A stretch of 51,329 bases of DNA, counting the filler, from Catajapyx aquilonaris (lineage: Eukaryota), in assembly GCA_000934665.2 (NCBI GenBank). It is 2 parts of 2 records of this genome, joined end to end, with 100 filler letters (N's around TTAATTAATTAA, not from the genome) between each part and the next. Parts side by side here need not be neighbours in the genome. Positions count along the whole stretch, not along the records: positions 1 to 25,608 come from JYFJ02005330.1; 1 more part is not named here. The stretch is one strand, 5' to 3'. Below are positions 1 to 11,277 of this stretch, in pieces. Each line of letters opens with the position of its first letter. Within the stretch, counting starts at the first letter, position 1. Below the pieces are notes generated by a model. That model saw nothing but the letters and a program-made list of their open reading frames with translations. It had not been told where the DNA came from and searched no databases. The position numbers and the translations under genes were made by a program.

Positions 1-495
1 GTCATATTGCTCTACGAGGCCTGGTTAGGGCTCACGAGGCCTCCAAAGTTTGGGCCAAATCATGACGTCATATCCGCCCGCGAAATTCAAACACTACCGT
101 ATCGCTACCGTACGCGGTGCGTTGCCAGGGGTTGCCAAGTTGACATCCCCCTCATTTCCACACAACAATGGAACCGTATAAACTGGCTGGGACGTTGCCA
201 GGCATTGCCATACCGTCGTCGCCGCGTGCCTGGCAACGTCCGAGGGAGTTTATACGGTTCCATTGTTTGGTGAAAATGTGGGGGATGTCAACATGGCAAC
301 AAACCGTGTACTGTAGCGATACGGTATTGTTTAAATTTTGCAGGCGGATGTGACGTCATGATTTGGTCCAAACTTTGGAGGCCTCGTGAGCCCTAACCAG
401 GCCTCGTAGAGCAATATGACCTTCACTTCCATATACTGGTTTTTCACAACGAATCTCGCTACCTGAAGCTTGTCCGCCATTTTCCGACCACCCTG
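1..495. mobile_element. Fold-back MITE, Tc1/mariner-like, left end outside the window; lies in the intron before the last UBXN7 exon
   Basis: 1-204 is a near-perfect reverse complement of 227-420 (gtcatattgctctacgaggcc... / ...ggcctcgtagagcaatatgac). The right arm continues to CACCCTG (489-495) followed by TA, the same terminus as the element at 46184-46621. Confidence 0.8.
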
Positions 496-581
496 TATAT
501 GTATCTGTTCTTTTAATAATAGAGATTCTTCATGGACTTAATTCCTCACTAAATGAAAATTTGCACTGTTCTTGCTTGCAG

Positions 582-740
582 GCAGTTTCTAAATATGTGG
601 AGGAGAAAGGCTTCCCTCCTGACAGTTACGAGCTGGTGACGAACTTTCCAAGAAGACAGCTGTCAAACCTGAGCAGCTCAAGCACCTTAACGGAGGCTGG
701 GCTGGGAACCCAGGAGACTATATTTGTGCAACCAAGATGA
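582..740 (+). CDS. UBXN7: Terminal coding exon of a UBX-domain protein (UBXN7-like)
   Basis: After acceptor ttgcag (AG 580-581): AVSKYVEEKGFPPDSYELVTNFPRRQLSNLSSSSTLTEAGLGTQETIFVQPR*. Contains the UBX FPR loop and resembles the recalled UBXN7 C-terminus (ELLTNFPRRKLS...TLQEAGL...QETVFVQ). Absent from the ORF track. Confidence 0.85.
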   Translation, partial: AVSKYVEEKGFPPDSYELVTNFPRRQLSNLSSSSTLTEAGLGTQETIFVQPR

Positions 741-1210
741 CTTTTTACCAGTTTGACCATTTTTATGGCTCAACAATGTTCGCCCATATTTATTTACCAC
801 TCTCACAACTGCCCAGTCCAGAAGAACAAAGGCTTGTCGTACACCTGTTGAATTGCACCTAATTGCTCGGACCAAGTTTTAAACATATTTCTGATGTTAT
901 TGCATGTGTTTGTTTAATACTACAAAACAGCTGCCACTGCCATATTTGCCTGAATGACAATTTATTGTGTGGTGCATCGATTTTGGTCACCCCCACACCT
1001 GTAGTGTATATAAATGTGACGTGGGTGCGAGGCAAAACCATTTGGCCAGTAATTTTGTTTCTCCTTGGTGCGTGTTGAAAAAATCAGTGACGGAATTTTT
1101 ATTCTTGTATTCACTTACGTTGGACAATTTTTATGTCTCTTACAAGAAAGAATTGGTAATCAAATGTGTTGTTTTACATTTTACGACACACCCACAGATT
1201 ACCTCTGGCT

Positions 1211-1344
1211 CAGTGGTTCCCAACCTGGGGGTTGCGCGTGGCCGCAGTAATTTTTATAAACAAAAAAAAATTACTATTTCAGGTCACAGGTTACTTGACT
1301 ATCATAAAAGGGGGTGGCGACCTGGGAAAGGTTGGGAACCACTG
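1211..1344. mobile_element. hAT-type MITE
   Basis: 16-bp TIRs CAGTGGTTCCCAACCT / AGGTTGGGAACCACTG, typical of hAT (Charlie-like) ends; the 8-bp TSD is only degenerate. Confidence 0.75.
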
Positions 1345-2503
1345 CTTCTAGCAGCAATTGAATAGTACTATAGAATTTCTTGTGGTGCAAGTTGTATAAA
1401 TTTTGGAACATTTTGACTCCATAGTTGAATTTCTGTAACACTTAACTGCTGGCAATAATTTACTATTGAATTTTTTCATTATTAGTTTTTATAAGTCGAA
1501 GGTGGTGTGGGAAGTAGGTTAAGTTTCCACATACAGTTGTGCACGGCAAATTTTTTTCAAACTCTTCTGACGCGAATCTGTTTTTTTTGGGGTCTCGAAT
1601 AGATTTTAGATAATGAAGTACAACTATAGTTTTGTTTTTTAAAAGTGCTGCTAAGGATCTGTAGGTGGATATGACAGCTGGTAATTTTTACCTGAGAGCA
1701 AAAAACTTTATTGCTCAATTTCTTACATCAAACTGGTTTACTGTTAAAAATCAGAAGTGCAAGACATTGGCAATTTCCTTTTGGTTCATCTGAGGTCATG
1801 TCATTCTTGTATCTTTAAGGTGAGTTGCGAATGGCGTGACTGGCCTCGGGGTGAAATTAATATTGTTTTTTCTTGGAAGCAATCTTATCCAACTTTTCGA
1901 CCCCAACATGCTGATGAATCATGACGGTGCCTGGGAATCATACTCTGGGGAATACAGTCAGCACATTTTGAAGGTCCCAAGTTCTTTGTTCTGATGAACC
2001 AAGACAACGGGGTTGACCTCGACGAAGTTCAGCAGTACAATGGCATCGGGCATCGGGCTATTAATTTCTTTTTTGTTCCTTGTAAACATTATTGCGTATC
2101 GTATTCCTCGTCCACATGTTGCCAGCTCGTCATCTCCCAGTTCATGTGGTTCAGATTGTGCTCCGCTTTTGCTGATGGCATATGCTGTCACATGCTGGTC
2201 CGGAATGGTAACGCATTGCGATGGTCGGGTGACGTGACACTGGGTGTCATGCTGTCAAAATTTTGACACATGGCACAATTTGGCAACTCTGCAACTGGTC
2301 AGCTGACATTTCAGCCTGTAGATTGTAGAATTACACAGTGCCTTCGTCTTTACTATTATTGTCCGCATAGTGGCAGGACGATCGTATCCAACTTGCTCAC
2401 TAGTAAATAGTGCTGCCCTCTGTTGCAAAATGTGTCACACCACTGGTGTCTCGTTCCTTGTTGTTGTGAAGTGAAGTCTCTGGCCAGAGGGGTAACATCC
2501 AAG

Positions 2504-4149
2504 ATGGTGGACGATCTAAGTCTTTTCTCGTGGTTCCTGATCCTTCTGGTGCTGCTGGCCATCACCGTCGTGCTCCTGCTGGCCTATGCCGGGCTCTTCG
2601 CCAAGGTGGATGTCACGGCTGCACCACCACCGTTCGGGCAGCTCAGGATCGCCTACAAGTTCGCCAGGGGACCATACAGGAACGCAGGTGATGGAACACA
2701 AAGGATTTGGAACACAAAGGGTCTCACTGCCCCGATGGAAAATTCCTGCACATTTTGCCTACAAGGAAACGACTCGTGGGGGCAAAGAGTCTGGAAAATG
2801 TAGAAAATATAAACTACACTTACCAATCAATTTAAAAAAAAATCTTTTCATAATGTGATTGACATGTGAGTCATCAGTGCCCTTGACTTTCACAGGCCAA
2901 CTGTTCACTGAAGCTCATTCACTTTGTCCCAAACTGAACACCTTTGGGGTGTACTACGATGACCCCGAGCGTGTGTCGCCTTCCGACTTGCGGTATGTTG
3001 TTGGCCTGGTTCTGGCCAAGGGAGATGAGGAGCCGAAGGATGAGGACGTGGAGGCAGTGAGACAAAATGGGTTCAAGCTCTTCACCTTCCCTGCCGCCAC
3101 CTATGCTGTGCAGACCAAGTTTCCATGGAACTGCACCCTTTCCATCTTCATCGCTGTGGCGCGAGTTTACCCGAAGCTTGCGGCCTATATTCAGGTGCTT
3201 TACTAGGTTTACGTTTGAATTCAGAACACGTGTGATGAAATGTCAGATTTAATTTTTCGCTGAAATTTACTGCGTGTATGGATTTTATTTGAACAAATCA
3301 GAAGAAATTTTCTAGTTCATCTTATGCTTATAGTGCAAGTACACTGAGAAAGTTTATGCAAGTCAAATGTGTAGGAATAGGGAATTTCGTTGGTGGAAAG
3401 AGCCAAGCTTGACATTTTGAATTTTGATGCAAAGTACTACCCTTGAATTATTCAATATTCTGTACAAATATCTAGGAATTTCTTGCTTGTAAATACATGT
3501 TTATTTATTCATCTATGGATAAAAAATATTTCTGCCAAATGCAACGAACCAGCATTGTCAGTACTGATATTGGACTCCCTGATGTTGCAGGAGCATGGCT
3601 TATGTGCACATCCAATGATGGAGTTGTACGAGCCCGATTATATTCTGTTTGTGGCCCCGCTGTCCAGACAGGATGAGTTCTACGTTCCAGAGGTGCAGGA
3701 CGAGGAGGAGTCTGTGCTCACATCTCGCAGTGACGAGTCAAGTCTACTGCAGGACGAGACTTCCAGCACTGTTCACGGTTGGTTTGCAATATTACTTTTT
3801 GTTGGTTGTAAGTAGTTGAGCAGTGACTAAGATTTGACCTCAATGTTAAGCCGCCTTTCTAACTGTAACACCATGTCAAACTCAAGGAACAGACACAGAG
3901 TCAGTTATGGGCTCATCAAGAGGAGACTGCGGGGACAAGCCCAATCTGTTGGACTCCCTCCTCCCACACAAGGCAGTCTTACGAGAAGAGGACGAGGAGG
4001 AAGAGGACTTGGCGCCTGTGCATGAGGCAGTAGGGAATGGGGACGACAGCAATGGGTCTTCCTTTGAGGAACTTGATGTTGTGGATGCAGAGGAAGTAGG
4101 ACCGGCAGGAGACAGCAAAGTGAAGAGGAGGACCGGACTTCGATCCTAG
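2504..4149 (+). CDS. TEX264: TEX264-like ER-phagy receptor, 4 exons
   Basis: Exons 2504-2687, 2896-3194, 3591-3777, 3887-4149, all GT-AG and phase-consistent. N-terminal TM helix, GyrI-like domain (AYKFARGPY, GVYYDDP, IAVARVYP, LCAHPMMELY, PLSRQDEFYVPE), acidic tail with SSFEEL LIR motif. Confidence 0.9.
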
Positions 4150-4948
4150 GAGAAAAAAAAATTGTTCTCTGCTTATTTACATGTATTTAGATCACACGTA
4201 TTTTTTTGTTGTTGTTATTTTGGTGGGGAGCAAATATCATTGGAGGACCCTGTTACAAGAATTGCAGAGAATCTGCTTACATTTTTTTGTTGGTTAGACA
4301 GGGCAGGTTACAGATAATCACCATTCGAGTTCCTGTTACATGCCATTTGATATCAGATGATATTAAGGGTATTAAGCTACTTTTTGACTATTTTTTTTTA
4401 TCTGTCAATGTTAAGTTAGGTATTAAGTTCTATTGCTTACGAAACAGTACGAGTTGAGAATTGCAGGCAAGTTGAGTGATGTTTCGTGCCAGTCTGTAAT
4501 CCCAAAGTTATTGTAGCCTTTTTTAAATATCCAAAACAAGTGGCTTCCATTCCTCCTGAACCTAGGACACGTTTATTTTCATGCACCTTTATCACAACGA
4601 ACATTCGCTTCACAACACCAAACGCAAGGGATAGAATCTTCTTCCCGCTTCAGATTCACAGCTTGAAAGTGGTTCGTATTAGAATCCCAGGACATTCCGT
4701 TTAAGCAAGTATTTTATCAATGGGAAGAGGTCGCTGCTTGTTTTCCCAGCCAAAGACTCATCATTTAAAAAATGTGCTGTTCCATTTGATCTGCTGTTTG
4801 CTAGTCGTGTGCAATGGCTTCTGTCTTTGTTTCCTGTGTATTTAAAAAAATGAAGCTCACAAAAAAAACATTCTGAGTGTTTATTGCCCTTCCTCTCCTG
4901 TAGATCGAAACATCGTAAATCATTCGACAGGATCTTTTGCACATCTAA

Positions 4949-5073
4949 GGGCCGGTTTCACTGAGCTCAGTATATGATAAAACCAGGGTATTTCTCAAAA
5001 TCCCTATCTATTTGTATGGATTTTCCTAAAGAAACCTGGTTTTATCATATACCAAGCTCGGTGAAACCGGCCC
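4949..5073. mobile_element. PIF/Harbinger (Tourist-like) MITE
   Basis: TIRs GGGCCGGTTTCAC / GTGAAACCGGCCC, pairing extends inward about 40 bp; TAA duplicated on both sides (4946-4948, 5074-5076). Confidence 0.85.
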
Positions 5074-6106
5074 TAAATGTGTAATACTGAACTTTTTTAC
5101 ATGTAAATTTACATAAATATCTTGCAGTTGCTTTGTTTACACTTCAATCCTTGAATATATGTAAATACAAAGCAGCTGTGGACTAGGCTTGAATACTAAC
5201 TGTCCTAAATTACATATAAGTCCCAAATTGATTGATTATACAAGGTGAATCAGATGACTGCAAGGTACTGACATGGGCAAAATGTCGGTTCTGTGGTTCT
5301 TCTCCGCCACGTCCTGTCACATTATGCAACTCGGACACGTGCTTACAAAATCCACAAGAAGCCCTCAGCTCAATATGCTTGCAATTAACTGAAATCATCA
5401 TGAAATGACGCAATGTGATGTACCGTGCCTGGCAGGGCCACAGGACTGGCAGTACTGGTATGGTCACCTCCAAAGCCATACATATAACATGAAAACAACA
5501 GGGGGACAACACAATATGACCACACACTTGACAAAATTCAGGGAAGAAAAATTCTCGAGTAAAATGCCCTGGAGGTGAATACATAATTGGAACGAAATTA
5601 TCATGGGTAAAAAATGCAGGGACAATCTGCCCGAAAACAGATATCCGTGGCCCTCTGAAGTCTCTAATATCCAGTCAACTGTATCCCATTGCTCTGGGTT
5701 TCTTGTTTTGCTCATGACTGCACCTGCATCATTGATTGTCCCAAAAACATGATGCTGTTACACACCTAATGTCTCTTATCAAACTCAATTTTCTGTGGTC
5801 CATAGTACAGTATAATTAAACTTGCATTTATATCAGTGAAAGCCCCTGCAATGATTGAGACCAATATGTCATATTCCTTTTAGAATCACACATCAGATGC
5901 AGAACAGCATTTTATTTCAGAGATATTTTCAAGAACGTAACAGGACAGGCAGATTTTCCATCTGACACGTAAACAAACTTTCACCATACAAAGAGAGATT
6001 GGACAAAGTATCAGGGCACCACCATGCCAACTTGTCACAGTCTTTTGACACATGTACCTCAGTAACTCGTGCAGAATTAAGAGAGATGTTACACTTGACA
6101 TGCAAG

Positions 6107-7989
6107 TCACCTCCCAAACCCATCCAACTCCAACGGCAATGGCTTGGAGCAAAGCTCCAAGTCCCAGTTCTTCATGTGTACCTGCACCTGGAATCGTACG
6201 AGCTGTACTGATGTCACTCTTCCCCAGTCACGGAGGCATCCGATTCTACGCAGACCGGGACAGTTTTCCAGCAGAGACCAGGCCAAGCGTAGTGTCAAGT
6301 GGGAGTTGGTAGGGGCAAAGAACTCTTGGAGACATCCTAATTGCCCACCCTCAGCCGCAGCTACCACCACTGGCTCTGTTGGGTGGAGGAGCGTGAGGTA
6401 GCGAAGAGAAGGGGTCCTCTTCAGGATGCTGGCTTGAGTTGCAGCGCTTAGGTAGGACTTGCAATTAAGTCGCTTCAAGTGTTGAAGTGGGGGAAGATTC
6501 CCTAGCGGCTGCGCAAGAGAACGAGAAAATTATTAACATCGAAAATGGCATGCTGCCAATTAACACTCACATCGTCAGTGTCGGACTCATCCATCTGGCA
6601 AGTCACAAGAGACAGCTCCTGTAGCAGCACACAGTTCTCCCAGAGTGTGGCCAAGGCAGCCCCGTTAAATTCTCTCATCCCTTTGAGACATAGGGACTTG
6701 AGCCTAGGGCCTACGCTTTGGAGCAGCTTTCTAACACCATCTGCGGCAAAGTCCATTCTACCCAGAACCAGATGGTTCAAATTCGCGAGGTGGCTGAGAG
6801 GCTCGATAGTTTCAGGGACGAGTTCCATTGGGATGAGTTCTACAAAAGTCAGATTCGAGCATTTCAGGACCAACTGCTCCAGTGAGGCTGCGCTGACATC
6901 CTCAAGCTCCGCATGGGTGAGACCTAGAGGAGTCGTACACATCTCCAAGGCATTTCCTGGAAACAAGCAATTGTCCAACATCCGGATGCCTGGAAGAGCC
7001 TTCAGCAGTGATGCCAGACCATTTGAAGTTATGCGTGTACCACGTAAGCTCAGAGCTTGCAGTGACCCACACCTGCGATAGGACAGCAGTAATTAATCAC
7101 AGCTTTTGATCCCATTTAATTAGGAGGCTCACTTGGAAAGGTGCGGTACAGCCTGGTCAGTCACCCTGGACCACCGAACATCCAGTTGAGTCAGTTGCGG
7201 GCAATTTTTACAGATGGGATAGAGATAGTTATCAAACGCTTGCCCAGGTATACACACAACCTGTAGAGCGTGTAAGTAGTTGAGCTGCGGCAAGAGAGGA
7301 AAACGGCAGGGGTCAAAGCGACGCGTGCGCGGGTGTGGGATGCGCAGGGTAACCAGCGAAGTCATGTCTCCAATATGGCCAATGAACACCGGCCACAGCA
7401 GGGGCGGAATAGCATCCAGCGACACTTCTTGGATGTGACGCATCATCATCGCACGAGTCATCACCTAAAATTCACACCATAATAATTATGAACTGTTATG
7501 TATGCATACAGAATAGTACATGTATAAGAGTAAAGGCAAGGTTTGTAGGTTAGTTCATGGCAACGGTTGTTCATTTGTTTGTCCATGGCAACAGTGGTAG
7601 CTTGTCTGTCCTGTTTGTTTGTCAACAACATACTGTGACCCCGTTGCCACAGGAGGAGGGGGTCAACGCACCTGCAGAATCTCCAGCTCCTTTGGCTTCC
7701 TGTTGCTGTAGGCGACCTCCGCCCTCTCTCCCAGCTCCCCTCCGGAGTCCTTGGCCACCAGGTTGTCCACCAGGCCCTTGAGCCCGACCAGGGCGTCCGC
7801 CACCACCTCGTTGGCCACATACCCGTGCACGTACAGCTCCAGGAACTCCTTCAGCCTGGCGGCCTCCCCGTGCAGCTGCTTCCCCGTCTTCCCCGACTTC
7901 AACGCCCTTTGACACAGGCTGCAGAACAGTCGGCCGAAGCTGCCCACGGCCAGCTTCTGCAGAGTCGGCGGCTGCTTCAAAGGCGCCAT
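6107..7989 (-). CDS. Leucine-rich-repeat protein (FBXL/AMN1-type repeats) with N-terminal BC-box-like motif, 4 exons
   Basis: Exons (minus) 7989-7672, 7464-7133, 7072-6571, 6508-6107, GT-AG, phases consistent. Repeats such as CPQLTQLDVRWSRVTD, CGSLQALSLRGTRITSNG, LKSLCL, CVLLQELSL, CPGLRRIGCLRDW. Start MAPLKQPPTLQKLAV; in-frame ATGs at 8019 and 8013 are alternatives. Confidence 0.8.
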
Positions 7990-8193
7990 GTTTATTTCCT
8001 TCCTTTCCTTCATGTACAATAATCATCGAGCCAGCCAAGCCAAATGGGGTGGAGTGGCCAAGTTATCAGGAGGTGGCGCTTCCACATTGAGTCACGGACC
8101 ACTCTGGAACTACGGCGGCCATGACAGTTTATGACAATGTAATAGTGACCATTGGGATAGCAGCTACTATAATATTAGCTGATTGTATGGTAA

Positions 8194-9216
8194 GGGTGCA
8201 GTTTAGAGCCGCAAAAGTCTTCCAGGTTTCTATATATTTTCTGAATCGACTCGATGAGATGAGTCGAATGACACTATTCCTAGTGTGCGGAAATGCTTGG
8301 TGCAAGAGTAATTGAATTTTGAAATTGCAAGTAATAACAATGAATAAATGAAAATAAACAAGTGTTCCTTTGTTGAAACAGTTTACTCCCATTGTTGAGT
8401 GAACGAATATCCATGGTAATTTTAAACGTAGTTTGGGGGTTGTGTGTTCGCAGAAATACTGTCCGCCTTGTGGTGGCGTAGATGTGGGTGTTGCGTGATG
8501 TGGATGTGGCAAAGCCACAATAACGTTCGTTGGCCTGCGGCGCCACAAGACGGACAGTAAATGTTGCGGATACAGAAACCCACAATAAGCGCCCAGCTCC
8601 GCTATCGCTCCGCAAAAACTAAAAATATCACGCACAGGCGACGTACCGTGCCTGGCAGGGCCACAAGACGGACAGTACTGGTGCGGTCACACCAACGCCT
8701 CACAGATATAACACCAACACAATCAGAGTGGGGCATGCCTTGAGTAAAACCTTAGGATTCATTTTGTTGGCGGGCAAGAGGCCTCGATCAGTGGCCCTGG
8801 AGATACCAAGCAACCTCCCTCATTACTTCCAGGAAGGCTTGCCCAATTATTCCTGATAAGCACCGATGCAATGCCTCGGCCATGGACGCTCCTGAATGAG
8901 GTTAAATTAAACTCCTACACTCTCGTTCTATGTCCAACGAACCAAGAACAACCGTTTATTTACATCATTCAGCATCCCTCACAGCACGTTTCCACGGAGA
9001 ATCACCTGACGCAACAATGGGAGTGAACAGTCTCAACAAATGAACACTTGTTTACTTTCATTTTATTCATTGTTATTACATGCAATTTCAAAATTCAATT
9101 ACTCTTGAACCAAGCATTTCCGCACACTAGGAATAGTGTCATTCGACTCAGCTCATCTCGTAGATTCAGAAAATGTATAAAAACCTGCAACATTTTTGCG
9201 GCTCTAAACTGCACCC
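8194..9216. mobile_element. About 1 kb non-autonomous DNA transposon with about 200-bp TIRs (PIF/Harbinger-like ends)
   Basis: 8194-8397 is the reverse complement of about 9012-9216 (GGGTGCAGTTTAGAGCCGC... / ...GCGGCTCTAAACTGCACCC). TAA on the left only; no transposase ORF recognised inside. Confidence 0.8.
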
Positions 9217-9360
9217 AGGCCGATTGTATTTCATTTCATATATTTGGCAGTACCCATAGATGTCGGACTACACTTATATGTATGTAATATTACTAATTAA
9301 GTTTCATAAATTTAACAATATATCAGGTACATTAATATAAATGCTGATATAATACATTCA

Positions 9361-9830
9361 TGTAAACTAGTATATTATTTAATTGCAAACTGGTATATTA
9401 TTTAATTGAAAACTAGTATATTATATGTAAACTAATATATTATATCATTTACACTAATATATCATATAATTTACACTAATATATTATATAATGTAGACTA
9501 ATATATTACATCATTTACATTAATATATTATTAATGAGGTATGTAAACTAATATAATATTGTGTAAACTAATATACTATTAAGGAGGTATGTAAACTAAT
9601 ATATTATTTTGTAAACTAATATATTATTTTGTAAACTAATATGTTATTAAGATGTCTACGAATATGTTATTAAGATGTCTACGAATATGTTATTAAGATG
9701 TCTACGAATATGTTATTAAGATGTCTACGAATATGATATTAAGATGTCTACGAATATGTTATTAAGATGTCTACGAATATGATATTAAGATGTCTACGAA
9801 TATGTTATTAAGATGTAAACTAATATATAA
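9361..9830. repeat. AT-rich minisatellite
   Basis: Degenerate units of about 20 bp (gtaaactaatatattatttt) at 9361-9640, then 7 full plus 1 partial 23-bp units aatatg(t/a)tattaagatgtctacg at 9638-9816. Confidence 0.9.
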
Positions 9831-10474
9831 CAATATCCGATATCTATGAGTTTAGTACTGTCATTATTGCCATGCTGCAATGCACACAATGCACACATTG
9901 TTGCCGGGGTAAGCGTGAACATATCGGCAACATAGTAGTCTAAATCAGACAATATTCACTATTCGATCAAAAAGCAATCGACTGTTATTAGTAGCTGTTA
10001 TTATTTCTCAGTGTCACGGCCGCCCCATTATGTTCAAAGATGGCGGGCCATTCACGTATCTAATTTGTATAGATAATTGGGACAATTCGCCCTTTGCCGT
10101 GTAGAGCTTGCGTAAATGGCCGCGACGAGTCGCTTCAATCGGCAAATGTGGTCAACACACGTCGTTTGGCGGAAGGTTTGGTTTATCGAGAGTGAAAGTT
10201 TTGTATGATACAGTGTGTCGAGTAGTCTTAGTGGGGGTAGAAGAGCTGGAAGTTGATCATTCATTGGGTGGGTTGTTGGCTTACTTTTTCTCGAGACGGT
10301 GGAGTGGGTGGGAGTAGAGAAGGAAGGGGGGAGGAAATAATAAAAAAAATACATATGTACGCGTTTCGGGGGCGGTGTTGATAAAGGTGTTTTGTTCGGC
10401 GGCTTTGCACTAGTAGGCGCTTAACTTTCGATTGTTGCGGGGGTGAGTTTGTTTTTGTGTCAATTTTTCTTTAC

Positions 10475-10500
10475 TGTGTGTGTGTGTGTGTGTGTGCGTG
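10475..10500. repeat. (TG)n microsatellite
   Basis: Direct reading. Confidence 0.9.
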
Positions 10501-11162
10501 CTGGTGGTTTATTATCCGGGATCCAGGCTGGAAGGTAAGACCCGGGAAGGGAAGGAAATAATTTAAATTGCGGGAAAAATTAGGCAGGTTGCATGGCTCA
10601 AGAAAGGTTCAGGCAATATTAGACTGAACCGAAATTTGAGTTCGTCTGAATATTTTTGAGCCATCTGGTAAAGCACAATTAGGGCTATTAAATAGCGGCA
10701 TGAAAATATTATTGCAGCAATTAATGACAATTAAAAATGGGCACACTGTCCGTTCGCAAATGTTTGGTGCGAATGGCGCAAATATGAAAATTGTTTGCCA
10801 TGTTTTTATGGGAACATTACCGGTCAGTACTTTTTTTTAACGAGCAAGGTACAAGATTTGACAAAATTAGTGTGACAATAAGTTGTCCTGTGGTCAGCTA
10901 TCAGGCTCTAGTTACATAGGACCGTCATCCATGCTTCTCAGCGGAATTTAAACTTCTCTTCCTCGTTTCACCTGATCCTGTACATTTCCTCGACGGCTTC
11001 AACTTTTTTTTCCCTCCACCTTTACATTACGCCCGCAAAATTGGCCGTATCTTTGTCGTCGCCAATTTTTTTTTACAAGTCACTTTCAACGCACATTTGC
11101 TCCTTTTTTGTGACATAAGTGTAAGCGTGACAAATTCAATTCACAGTAATTCACGACTTCTG

Positions 11163-11277
<115 letters not shown>

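Noticed and set aside
5210..5584. Cys-rich ORF as a RING/zinc finger
   Set aside because: Ligand spacing does not fit, and the region is a repeat-derived duplicate of the transposon interior.
8129..9287. Two similar ORFs (8129-8635 minus, 9048-9287 plus) as duplicated genes
   Set aside because: The similarity comes from the long TIRs of the transposon.
9638..9816. Regular 23-bp repeats as a CRISPR array
   Set aside because: Head-to-tail with no unique spacers; eukaryotic context; no cas genes.
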